Origin: Octopus sinensis
Taxonomy: Eukaryota
Direction of reading: 5' to 3'
Length of the DNA: 64,000 nt
NCBI RefSeq assembly: GCF_006345805.1
Contig: NC_043005.1
Location: forward strand, 91,264,001 to 91,328,000
Shown: positions 36,287 through 48,504 of the stretch, one piece after another
Numbering within the stretch: position 1 is the stretch's first letter
Layout of the letters: every line of letters starts with the position of its first letter
Made by a program: the position numbers and the translations under genes
Notes under the pieces: generated by a model
The model's database searches: none
The model's input: the letters and a program-made list of their open reading frames with translations, nothing else
Told to the model about the DNA's origin: nothing

Positions 36287-38215
36287 TTGTATCAGACTGC
36301 GAAAAGAGAAGCTAGGAGACAGGTATATTTAGCTAGAGGGGAAGCAGATAAGAAAAAATTTGCCAATGTTCTGCGCCGTGAGGACCAAAGACTTGAGGTG
36401 TTTCGTGTTGCAAGACAGTGTGTGAGAGAGAATCGTGATGTGGTAGGAGAGAAATGTGTTCGCATGGATGATGGTTCACTTGCGCTAAATGAGGATGCAA
36501 AGAGAGAGGTTTGGAGATGCCACTATGAAAGGTTGCTCAACAAAGAGAATGAATGGGATAAAGAGAGTCTGCCGAATGTCGACCCAATAGAGGGACCAGC
36601 TATCCGAGTTGACAGTTCCATGGTAGTTAAGGCAATTGGAAGCATGAAGACAGGGAAAGCCCCAGGCCCATCAGGAATTACTGCTGAGATGCTCAAAATA
36701 TCTAGCAGTGTTGGCTATAGCCTAGTCACCCATATAGTTAACCAGGTGATACACGAAGGAGTCATACCCAATGACTGGTGTAGTAGCATAATAGTCAACT
36801 GCTACAAAGGTAAAGGTGACGCCCTAGATACAAGTAATTACAGAGGTATAAAGCTGTTGGATCAGGTAATGAAGGTTACGGAAAGGGGCATAGCCCAACT
36901 GATTAGAGAGAGAGTCAACCTAGACGAGATGCAGTTTGGTTTCGTGCCAGGGAAAAGCACCACTGATGCCATATTTCTAGTGAGACAGCTGCAGGAGAAA
37001 TACCTAGCTAAAGATAAAACTCTGTACCTGGCTTTCGTTGACTTGGAGAAAGCCTTTGACAGGGTCCCCCGATCCCTTATCTGGTGGTCAATGAGGAAAC
37101 TAGAGATAGATGAATGGTTAGTGAGAGCTGTGCGTGCCATGTACAGGGATGCTGTTAGTAAGGTGAGGGTTGGCAACGACTACAGTGAAGAATTCCGGGT
37201 GGAGGTTGGGGTCCACCAAGGCACAGTCCTCAGCCCCCTCCTATTTATCATAGTCCTCCAGGCAATAACGGAGGAATTCAAGAGAGGATGCTCCTGGGAG
37301 CTCCTCTATGCTGATGACCTTGCTCTAATTGCTGAATCACTATCAGAACTGGAGGAGAAGTTTCAGGCGTGGAAGCAAGGATTAGAATCGAAGGGTCTTA
37401 GAGTCAATCTAGCTAAAACCAAAGTCCTAATAAGTAGGAAGGTAGACAAATCTCAAACGCCTTCAGGTAGATGGCCCTGCTCGATCTGTGGAAAAGGCGT
37501 AGGTAGGAACTCTATAAGATGCACCAAGTGTAATCTATGGACACATAAGAGGTGCAGCAATGTCAAAGGAAGGCTAACTAGGAAGATAGTTTTTGTATGT
37601 GGCAGATGCTCTGGTTCAATAAAGACTGAAAATGCGCAGAGACCATCTTTCGCCACATTCCAGGGAGAAAAACTAGAAATAGTTGATAGTTTCCGTTACC
37701 TAGGTGACCAAGTCAGTAGCAGGGGTGGGTGTGCCAAAAGTGTAACTGCTAGAGTAAGAATAGCCTGGGCAAAGTTCAGAGAGCTCTTACCTCTGCTAGT
37801 GACAAAAGGCCTCTCGCTCAGAGTAAAAGGCAGACTGTATGACGCATGTGTGCGAACAGCCATGCTACATGGCAGTGAAACATGGGCCATGACTGCTGAG
37901 GATATGCGTAAGCTCGCAAGAAATGAAGCCAGTATGCTCTGTTGGATGTGTAATGTCAGTGTTCATACCCGACAGAGTGTAAGTGCCTTGAGAGAAAAGT
38001 TGGACCTAAGAAGCATCAGATGTGGTGTGCAAGAGAGGCATCTACGCTGGTATGGACACGTAGTAAGAATGAATGAAGATAGTTGTGTGAAAAAGTGCCA
38101 CACCCTAGCGGTTGAGGGAACCTGTGGAAGAGGTAGACCCAGGAAAACCTGGGACGAGGCGGTGAAGAACGACCTTCGCGCTTTAGGTCTCACCGAGGAA
38201 ATGACCAGAGACTGA
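36287..38215 (+). CDS. RTE ORF2 reverse transcriptase portion with internal PHD-like finger
   Basis: KAPGPSGI, NYRGIKLL, QFGF, FVDLEKAFD, GVHQG, YADD, FRYLG motifs, plus CSIC..CTKC..H..C..CGRC between the YADD region and YLG. Confidence 0.95.
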   Translation: MYQTAKREARRQVYLARGEADKKKFANVLRREDQRLEVFRVARQCVRENRDVVGEKCVRMDDGSLALNEDAKREVWRCHYERLLNKENEWDKESLPNVDPIEGPAIRVDSSMVVKAIGSMKTGKAPGPSGITAEMLKISSSVGYSLVTHIVNQVIHEGVIPNDWCSSIIVNCYKGKGDALDTSNYRGIKLLDQVMKVTERGIAQLIRERVNLDEMQFGFVPGKSTTDAIFLVRQLQEKYLAKDKTLYLAFVDLEKAFDRVPRSLIWWSMRKLEIDEWLVRAVRAMYRDAVSKVRVGNDYSEEFRVEVGVHQGTVLSPLLFIIVLQAITEEFKRGCSWELLYADDLALIAESLSELEEKFQAWKQGLESKGLRVNLAKTKVLISRKVDKSQTPSGRWPCSICGKGVGRNSIRCTKCNLWTHKRCSNVKGRLTRKIVFVCGRCSGSIKTENAQRPSFATFQGEKLEIVDSFRYLGDQVSSRGGCAKSVTARVRIAWAKFRELLPLLVTKGLSLRVKGRLYDACVRTAMLHGSETWAMTAEDMRKLARNEASMLCWMCNVSVHTRQSVSALREKLDLRSIRCGVQERHLRWYGHVVRMNEDSCVKKCHTLAVEGTCGRGRPRKTWDEAVKNDLRALGLTEEMTRD

Positions 38216-38399
38216 GACCTTTGGAAGGACACATGAGGCCATAACCCATGGCCCCTACCTGGGATGTAGTCAGTCCACCTGTGCATACCTTCCTTCTTGG
38301 GACACATAACTCTACTTGTGAAGACCTGTTGAGGCAAGTGAAAATCAAATCAAATCAAAATCGATGAACATCAATGGAATTTGTAGTTTTGTGGTACCA

Positions 38400-38805
38400 G
38401 TGCCGGTGGCACATGAGAAAACCATCCGAACGTGGCCGTAGCCAGTACCGCATCGACTGGCCTCCGTGCTGGTGGCACGTAACAAACACCATCTGATCGT
38501 GGCCGTGCCAGATCGCCTGGCCTCCGTGCCGGTGGCACGTAAAAAAACACCATCCGAGCGTGGCCGTTCGCCAGCCTCATCTGGCACCTGTGTCGGTGGC
38601 ACATAAAAAACACCATCCGAGTGCGGCCGTTCACCAGCCTCATCTGGCACCTGTGTCAGTGGCACATAAAAAACACCATCCGAGTGCGGCCGTTCACCAG
38701 CCTCATCTGGCACCTGTGTCAGTGGCACATAAAAAACACCATCCGAGCGTGGCCGTTCGCCAGCCTCGTCTGGCACCTGTGTTGGTGGCACATAAAAAGC
38801 ACCCA
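38400..38805 (+). repeat. Tandem repeat of about 63 bp in the RTE 3' UTR (7 units)
   Basis: GTGGCAC anchors at 38406, 38472, 38532, 38596, 38659, 38722 and 38785; exact 63-bp period over the last four. Confidence 0.95.
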
Positions 38806-41475
38806 CTACACTCACGGAGTGGTTGGCGTTAGGAAGGGCATCCAGCTGTAGAAACACTGCCAGATCTGACTGGGCCTGATGAAGCCTTCGGGCTTCCCAG
38901 ACCCCAGTTGAACCGTCCAACCCATGCTAGCATGGAAAGCGGACGTTAAACGATGATGATGATGATGTTATATATACATATATATCATCATAATTGTTCT
39001 AACAACTGCTTTTCCATGCTTGCATGGATCTGATAGAACTTGTTGAGGTGGTTTTTCTATAGCCAAATGCACTTCTTACCCTTCCTATCACCAATTCTCA
39101 TTTTCAAGTAACGTAATACTTCTACATGACCAGACATGTTTTCACAGAAGGTTGGAAATGAAGGACTCTGCTTGTATGATGGTGACAATTATTTACACCT
39201 GTCACATGATGCGAAAGCAAGGAGACACAAACATACTCACACTTCCGCACTCACATATATATATATATATATATATACACATGCATATACATGCACGCAT
39301 GCACACACACACACACACCCTACAAATGATCATGATATCCGGGACTGTAAAAATCTGCAAGACTTTCTTAAGGTTATGGTTTAAAAGCTGATGAGCAAAA
39401 CAAGGTGCTTTCCTTCACTACTTTGCTGCCAAGCAGGTGACTTAGTCAAAATTTATTCCAAATTAAAAAGAGAAAGAGAACACATACATACAACAGGCTT
39501 CACTCAGCCCAGAGCTATGGTAGAAGACAGCTGCCCAAAGTGTCATATAGTGGAACTGAACCCCAAACCACTTGGTTGTGAAGCAAACTTCTTACCACAT
39601 AGCCATATATCTGTATGTATGAGAGTTTAAGAAAGCCATTACAATGCAAGAATTTTGAAGTGAGGTTTAGGAATTGTAACTTTGTAAGTGAAAGGGGTCC
39701 AGTCAGGCCAGTAGCCTAACTTTTGAGTAACAGCAACAGGCTGTGTGTTTGTGATGTTAGTTGCAGATTTGGTGTAATATGGTACTTGTTATCATTGTTG
39801 TTAAAATCATTGTAGTAATCTAAATGCAACAAAATTTGTTTGCGAAATGCTTCTTATCATGCACGAATTGATTGTGATAGCACGAGTTAATCACATGAGA
39901 TGAGTGTGATAGTGAAGTGCTAGAAAAGAGGTCAACTTAAATTTTAATTCTATACGTCAACTGTCGTAGCTTTCTTAAACATTATTATTTTACAACATTT
40001 CATGTTCATCTATCATCATCATTGCCATCATTATGTCCACTTTTCCATGGAGTGTGCAGATGTAGTGATTTGCAATTAGATGCTGTTCCCGAGTGTTCTG
40101 CCCCACTCTAGCATAGCTAGAGTGGAGCAGAGGAGGTGGTCAGCCCCAGGTGGCACTTTTATGGGGAGGCACCACTTTTAGGTCTGCTGTGGGCTATATG
40201 TATCCCTTGTGGGGGCCCAGGGAAAGCAACTTGATGGGCTTCCCGAATGGCACTCACTCTGGCTACACTTGTGCACGCCAACTCTTTTAGTCACATCATC
40301 TGATGTATCATAAAATTCACTGTGTGCGTGTTTCCTCGGTGCATGGCCAAACTGCTGGATCAATCTGTACCAAATTTGGCATGAAGGTTTTTCATTACTC
40401 AGGGAAGGTTCTAGTACATTATATAGTGAGACCCCCTTCGGTCACGACACAGACCATAGGATTGCACCTAGAAAGTTACCCTCCCAGGCACAAATCCGGA
40501 CAAGGTTGTTTATGGAAGACCAGCAGTCACCCATGCATACCGGCCTCCCTTCTCCACACCACCAGTGTTATCCAAGGGAAAAGCAAAGGGGCCGATATAG
40601 CTTGGCACCTGTGACGTCGCAACTCATTTCTACAGCTGAGTGAACTGGAGCAACGTGAAATAAAGTGTCTTGCTCAAGAACACAACACACAGCCCAGTCT
40701 GGGATTCGAGCTCACAACCTCACAATTGTAAGCTCGACACTCTAACCACTGAGCCATGCGCCTTCACAAGTACATTCTATAATACAATATAAATACACAA
40801 AGTATGAAGCTATATCTATATAGATAGCTAGGTACATACTTACATTGTACATAACATTAGTTTCAGTCTCTGTACATAACACTTTAAATAAGTGTCATTT
40901 ACTCCTCTAGCCTCAGGCTTACTAGTACCTCGTGAGTAAACTTGGTTGACGGAATTTGAGAACCAGCTTACTGTGTGCATGCGTAACATAAAAATGATGA
41001 TAATAATATACAATGTGTATGTGTGTATCATTTCTGTAGATACTTTCCAGCACTTAAAGTAGTTTATATTTCTGGATAGGTCTCTACTTTAAAATGAATT
41101 CTATGTCTGTTTGAGTTCTTTGACTCTCAGCATTCATTACTAAATATAATGTTTAGTTTCTGTTTCCATTTTAAAATAAAATAACTTTTTTGTTACTATT
41201 TAATCACATTGCTATGTGTTTAATTATCCAAAATAAATTTCAGTGTATATTGAAATAAAAATGGAAGTAAATTTTATCTAAATCCTCTTTTCCAGGATAT
41301 CACCCCACGTTTCAAATTTATTCATCATTAAATATAGTTTGAGTACACAGATATTGCAAATCATATTTAAACTCCCTGTTTAAGAATAACATGTGTTCAC
41401 TAGCCCCAAAAGTTGAGAATTTCCAGTGCTAATCAGCCCCTGCCACATGGTTAGATATAATGTGATAATTTACCA

Positions 41476-41516
41476 ATGTCAGCAGCAACTAGACTAACAT
41501 CTCACCACTGGAAGAG
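41476..41516 (+). CDS. Alternative candidate start-codon exon (MSAATRLTSHHWKR)
   Basis: Good acceptor CCTCTTTTCCAG|41296, in-frame upstream TAA, ATG at 41476, phase-2 end AG|GTTGTT (weak donor). Confidence 0.25.
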
Positions 41517-44500
41517 GTTGTTTCTTATCCCTTTAACACCATAGAAACCAATCGGAACTTAGGTTTCAGTTTATAGTTACCTACATAGGAGGAGAAACAT
41601 AGTTAAGGCAGTTAGTCTCTGCATTGTTTTTATGGTGTTAAATATCTACTATAATAATACTCTTGTGTATTTCTCTGTCACAACATATGAATGAGAATGG
41701 AAGGGGTGATGGATGAATAAGGAAGGAAGGGGTGATGGCAAACTTGGTAGTGGGATGATGGAAGTTCTACGGTGAAAACAAATCAAACAATGTTTCGACT
41801 CTGCATGAGTATATGTATGTGTATGTAAAAGGGTATCATGTGGATGTGTGTGTGTGCAATGGAAGTGGGACGGTGAACATTCAACACTGAAAAGAAAATC
41901 AAACAGCGTTTCAACTCTGTGTGAGTAAATGTCTGTGCATGTACAAGGGAAGTATGTGAATATTTGTGTCTGTGATTGTTATGTACCTTATGTTGTGCCT
42001 TTTTTATATATAAAATACTACAATTAGCCGTCAATTTTGACAGCACAGAGCCAGTTAGTTAAATATATTAGACACAGACATGGTTATATGGTTAAAAAGT
42101 TCTCTGCAGGACCACATGATAGAGGTTCAATTCCACTGCCTGGATGCTGTCGGTTGGTGTCCTCTGTAATAGCTGCAGGCTGACCAATTTCTTGTGTGTG
42201 AAATTTGAGAGGCAGAAACTGGAAGAAGCTTGCCATATGTGTACTCTCGTTTCCTTGACCTGTGCATACTGATTGTAAACAAATGCATCACTGTTCATAC
42301 AAATGGTATTACTTGTTTACAGGCCTCTGTGAAAGCAGGTCTCTGCTGATTGTTGTTTGATAGACTGAGGAAATTGTTACTTTGTTTGGGAATAGGGAAG
42401 TGCATCTAGCTGTAGAAAATTTTGCTCCAGCAAAGTCTTGTCTGAACCCTGCAAGCATGGAAAAGTAGATGCACAAATGATGTTGATGATGACTGGCAGT
42501 GACAACAATGGATTTCTTTTGCTGAGATTAACAAGAGTAGGAAAATAAAAAGCTTGTAAGTTTTCACAAGGTCATTAGTGACCAAAGGCAAGTGGGATAC
42601 TTTAACAACGATTTTCACAAAGAATTTAAACTGACCAGTTTACTGGAATCTTGTCTTATATTCCTCTTTACCTTCGCCATCAGATTGGTGATAACTTTTG
42701 GCTAAACACAAGTCCAAATCTTGTAGTGGAGATGAGATGAAGTTGATTGAATTAACCTTTTTATATTAGTCATTTTACTTAATTAACCTTAATAATAAAA
42801 AAAAAAGACAACCTCAGCAGGATTTGAACTCAGAACAATGAGATACTGCATTGGTTAAAGTTCCCAGCATAGTATTCAACTGTGTCAGTTAACTGTCTGA
42901 AATTTGTTAATTAGTATGAATTAATGTGAAAAAAATAGTCGTTCATCCAGATTTATTTTAGTTTATATTTTTTATGTTACCTTTCCAATTGACATTCTAA
43001 TTTTAATGACAGGATTTATAATGACAAACATTACAACTTTCTTACTTGAAATAATGGATGCCAGGAGCGTAACCAGCCCGCTTATGCATACCTTTTCCTT
43101 CTTTGGACGCTAAACTCTGCTTGTGAAGACCTGTTGAGGCAAGAGATATCAAAATCAAAGTGAAATTTGATGACAGGCACGAGCACCATACGAGCATGAT
43201 CGTTGACAGAGCGGCTAACCAGCTTCCATGCCAGTGGCACATAAAAGGCACCATTCGCCTTACTGGCACTTGTGCCCCATGCTAGTAGGGTGCTAAGAGC
43301 ACCATCTGAGCGTGATAGTTGCCAGAGCGACTAACTGGCTTCTGTGCCAGTGGCATGTAAAAAGCACCCACTACACTCTCGGAGTGGTTGGTGTTAGGAA
43401 GGGCATCCAGCTGTAGAAACTCTGCCAGATTAAGATTGGAGCCTGGTGCAGCCATTTGGTTCGCCAGCCCTCAGTCAAACCGTCCAACCCATGCTAGCAT
43501 GGAAAGTGGACAATAAATGATGATGATGATGATGATGAATGGATGTAAAAGTATTTTCCTTGTGTTGTGCTTGTCAATAAAGTACATCCTTTTTGTCGGT
43601 TTTTACTTGATTTAACAAGTTTTTACTCCTGCTTCACTTTTGAGTATTAATAAGTTAGATACCTAGCTCTATTAAAAGAAAAATTGTTCCAGCAGGATTC
43701 ATTATAGGTATTTGATACTAATAAATAAGGTTGCTTAAATTTTTCAGTGTCTACATCAAACCGGAATTGAGCAATTTTTCACTTCAATCAGTGATTTCTT
43801 TTCAAAGAACACCTGGAATGAAATAATTAGGTCAAACAACAGGCTGTTGGGTTCCAAGATGAAAGGATCAAAATGAGTAGAAATTATCCAAATCATTGAA
43901 GTGTGTAATGATTATTAAAATAATGATACTGATTTAGATAATGTATCCAAGCATGTGGAACATTTTTTTTAGATCTTATAGACCACTGAGATTAAAGGTA
44001 GACATGGAAGGATTAAAATTGTTTCAAGTAAGGTGCAATTGAAAAAAAAAAAACATGTTAGTGACTTGAAGGATTTCTACAGGGTAAATATAATAAAATG
44101 AAAACCCATATGTAATATTTCAAAAAGGCTTTTGAGTGAGGCAGATTATGGATAGTGGAATGCAAAGTGTGGACCTAAGTAGAGGTGGCATATAGCTTAT
44201 TGAAAATAGAAATAACCGTGGCCACTATCAGCCTCCCCTGGCACCTGTGCCGGTGGCACGTAAAAAGCACCGACTACACTCATGGAGTGGTTGGCGTTAG
44301 GAAGGACATCCAGTTGTAGAAACAGTGCCAGATCAGACTGGAGCCTGGTGGAGCCTCCTGGCTTCCCAGACCCTGGTTGAACTGTCCAACCCATGCTAGC
44401 ATGGAAAACGGACGTTAAACGATGATGATGATGATGATAGTGGTAGAAAAGACAGGAAAAGTAGGGTGTAGTCCCACCTGAGGGTCCATGGTCTGATTTC

Positions 44501-45857
44501 AAAATCTTTGTCAAGCAAATATCATTATTCTGATTACTATGAAAAGTGTTGTAAAACGGGACATGTTCCTAGTTTTAAAAGTTTTGTAAGAAGCTTCATG
44601 CTTATTTTGTGAAATGGTTAATAATTTTGGTTAATCTAGCAATTCCTATTTTTAACTTTTCACAAAAGGAAAATAACAATGGAGATAAATTATTGATCAT
44701 CTCAGTTATTTCCCAACTGATCAATATAGCTGAGCTGGGTTGTACTTTATTGACCTTTAAGAAAACATTTTTAGCAGTTGCTCATGCACATGAATGGCAG
44801 TAGCATAGCTGAATGGTGATGTCCACCCCCAGGCAGTGTTCTTATGGTAGCAGCACTTTCAGGTCTGCAGTATAATTTTGTTTACGCTTAGAGACCCAGT
44901 GGGGGTTCACACTCAGGAGCTGCTTCGGGTAGTAGATACACTAGCTTCACCACTGATGGATTCATGACCAGCAGACCAAAGATGATGTAATATTGAAATA
45001 TTGGTCATCTGTAAAGTAATGAAGGTGATTACATAACTCACGTTTTTATTTGTTCGTTAATTGATGTATGTATGGATGTATTTTTCTTTCTTTATTCATT
45101 TGTCCCTTCATTCCTTCCAAATAATCTTGGTTAGGAAACAATGAAACCACATTTCGGAAAAGAACTCTCGGCTTACTAGAATTTGTATTTTTTAAGATAT
45201 TCATTCAAGTGTTGACATAGTCTGTTTGGATCTTAGAAAGTCATCATCTGGTGCTGTAACCTCACTATCAGGGTTCTTACATAACATCCAAATAAGCCAA
45301 AAAAAAAAACTAAAAACAAACATTAATGAAAATACTGATTGAAAAATGTTTGTTCAACTGTGAATTAACCTTTTCTATATTTTCTCCTTTCTTTACATAG
45401 TCCCTACATGTCAAAGGTCAAAACCTTCTCTTAATTTCATAACAAATTAATGAAATATAGTAATACTGTCAATCTGAGCTTAACTATTTATTCCTTGTTG
45501 GCTGCTCGCAACAGCAATGAATGTTCATTCACTGTTTTCCTATATTTTGTTGGTGATACATATTGTCTTAGCATGTGGGTGGCTGTGAGTACATGCTACT
45601 GACAATACCCAATGACACAGAAATGCACATCTGACATTTTCACCAGCCACTACTGGGACAGTTTTCTTCTACCTTCAATATGTATTGTATTTTTAAACAG
45701 AACAAGAGATATTATCTGCAAACAAATACTGCAGTAAATTTACTTTATATGATATGTTTATATTAAGTATGATACATAAATGGCTGTTTTAATCTAATAC
45801 AGTTTCTGTTGCATGTAATGGATTATAAACTAGCTTTTTTTTCAATTTTTATTTCAG

Positions 45858-45992
45858 ATTAGTACCAAAGATTATCAATGGTGCCATTGCTGGTATTGTT
45901 GGGGTCGCATGTGTTTTCCCCATTGATCTGGTCAAAACTCGATTGCAGAACCAACAGCCTGGTCCAAATGGTCAACTTTATTACAAGAGTTT
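45858..45992 (+). CDS. SLC25A22: Mitochondrial glutamate carrier exon ([44 protein letters not shown])
   Basis: TTTCAG| acceptor and |GTAAGT donor. Carries the carrier signature PxDxxKxR and a GC1-type N-terminal helix. Confidence 0.95.
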
Positions 45993-46519
45993 GTAAGTTT
46001 AGCTTTATTTTATAATGGTATATTTTACTTTGGTGATGTGTGTTGGCTATAAAAGATTGATTAATAACTATAGAAACAAAACAGTAGTTAGCATTATTCT
46101 TCTCCCTTTTTCTAGAACTCCATACACATATTAGATACTTTATAGGGCTACTAAATATACCCAGTACTTTGCTGGTATTATATTTTATACACCCCACAAG
46201 GAATGAAAGTCATGAAAAACAAAACTTTTTTCTCAGACGGATTTGAACTCAGAATATAAATACCTATAACTACGTATTTTAACTTAGCGGTGCATTATTT
46301 GGCGTCTGGGACCAGCTACGTTAGAAGGAATTGCATGGGAACAGAAACAGAAGGGAGCACGTGAGTGAAGTGTTTTTATAGATATGCTACAACCGGAAGC
46401 AAGGTTTAATTTGCAGAGATGGTACAAGGGGATTTCAGAACAATGAGGGAAGGAGAGGTTTAGCTTAGCAAAATTCCATGAAGAATTTAGGAGAAACGAA
46501 GGCTAAGAGAAAGAGAGAT

Positions 46520-48304
46520 TAGGAAGAATGATTAATAAGGGCTGTATAGACCATGTACAGAGATGCTGTTAGTAAGGTTAGGGTTGGCAATGAGTACAGT
46601 GAAGAATACTGGGGAGAAGTAGTGGTCCACCAAGGATCAGCCCTCAGCCCCCTCTTATTCATCGTAGACCTCCAGGCAATAACAGAGGAATGCAAGACAA
46701 GTTGCCCCTGGGAGCTGTTCTATGCTGATGACCTGGCTCTCATAGCAGAATCACTACCAGAACTAGAGAAGAAATTTCGGGTGTGGAAGCAAGGTTTAGA
46801 ATCAAAGGGCCTAAAAGTCAATTTCAAAAACCAAAGTCCTAGTAAGTAGGAAGGTGAACACATCACAAACCCCTTCAAGTGGGTGGCCCTGCTCAATCTG
46901 TAGAAAAGGTGTAGGTAGAAACTCCATAAGATGTACCCAGTGTAAGCTATGGATGCATAAGAAGTGCAGCAACATCAAAGGAAGATTAACCAAGAAGATA
47001 GCTTTCATTTGTGGCAGATGCACAGGGGCTGTAAACACCGCAGATGCTCAGAAAACAGATCCCATCACATGCCAGAAACTAGAAGTAGTTGATAGCTTCC
47101 TTATTTACAGTTTGCCATCACAAGCCTCATTGTGATCTCAAACATGGCAAATGGATGCAGGGGGAAAAGCTAGAAGTAGTTAATGGCTTCCACTACCTAG
47201 GCAACAAAGTCTGTAGTGGGGGTGGGTGCTCTGAGAGTGTAGATGATAGAATAAGGATAGCCTGGGCATAGTTCAGGGAACTCTGCTGGCAACTAAGGGC
47301 CTCTCGCTCAGGATAAAAGGTAGACTGTATGATGCATGTGTGCGAACTGCCATACTACATAGCAGTGAAACATGGGCCATGACTGCTGATGACATGCGTA
47401 GGCTTGAAAGAAAGGAAGGTAGTATGATCCACTGGATGTGTAATGTCAGTGTGCAGATACGACAGAGTGTAAGCACCCTGAAAGAAAAGTTGGGCATAAG
47501 AAGCATCAAATGTGGTGTGAAAGAGAGATGACTGTGCTGGTATGGTTATGTGATACATATGGATGAGGACAGCAGTATGAGGAAGTGCCACTTCCTAACT
47601 GTGGAAGGAATCTGTGGAAGAGGTAGACCCAGGAAGACATTGGATGAGGTGAGGTAGTGAAGCATGACCTTTGAGCATTGGGCCTCACAGAGGTAATGAC
47701 ATAAGACCAAGACCTTTGGTCTTATGCTGTGATTGAGAAGACCCAGCAACTAAAGTGAGATTGCGACCATGGCCGATGCCAGTGTTGCCTGTTCGGCCCA
47801 TTTAAGAATACCCCTGATGTGTTGGGTGATATGATATGCTTGAGAAGACCTGTTGAGTCAAGTAAAACCATAACCAAAATCATAGCTGTAGCCAGTGCTC
47901 CTTGACTGGCTCCCATTCCAGTGGCATGTAAGATGCATCATCTGAATGTGGTCAATGCCAGTGTCCCCTGACTGGCTCCCGTGCCAGTGGCACGTAAAAA
48001 GTACCATCTAAACGTGGCCGATACCAGTACCCTATGCCGGTGGCACATAAAAAGCACCATCCAAATGTGATCAATGTCAGACCTGCCTGACTGGCTCCTG
48101 TGCCAGTGGCATGTAAAAAGCATCCATTACACTCTTGGAGTGGTTGATGATAATAAAGGGCATCCAACTGTAGAAACATTGCCAGATCAGATTGGAGCCT
48201 GGTGTGACTTCCTGGCTTGCCAGACCTCAGTAAAACCGTCCAATCCATGCCAGCAAGGAAAACGGATGTTAAACGATGTTGTTGATGATGATGATGATGA
48301 TGAT
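46520..48304 (+). mobile_element. RTE LINE, 5'-truncated, degraded
   Basis: RT end (FYADD), Cys/His finger, C-terminus, 3' UTR repeat units and (GAT)n tail. Confidence 0.92.
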
Positions 48305-48504
48305 ACAATTCCACTTGCAAAGTATTTATTGACTTTAGGCTATAGTAGAAGACACCTGCCCAGATATAGGCACATAGGCATGGTGGTCCTGGGATATACA
48401 GATACAGTACACAGTTTATGAATTAAAATGAAATGGAATGAAAAAGAAAATTTAATACACATATATGGACATGTATTTATGAACATATACACACACACGT
48501 GTGT

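Larger units (their letters stand above)
35490..38967 (+). mobile_element. Young RTE-clade LINE, truncated within the endonuclease
   Basis: AP endonuclease (SAYAPQ, VAGDFNGHV, SQINYIL, PQHRLV) in frame with the 642-aa RT ORF across one TGA at 36236. Complete 3' UTR and (GAT)n tail. Confidence 0.97.

Noticed and set aside
38400-38805. CRISPR-like repeat/spacer array
   Set aside because: Linkers are related or identical to each other, the array is the 3' UTR of a LINE, there are no cas genes and the DNA is eukaryotic.
38345-38920. 191-aa antisense repeat protein
   Set aside because: A by-product of the 63-bp period; other copies of the UTR do not keep a comparable frame.
45391-45433. Start exon after the strong acceptor CTTTACATAG (ATG TCA AAG GTC..)
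   Set aside because: No credible phase-2 donor before the in-frame TAA.
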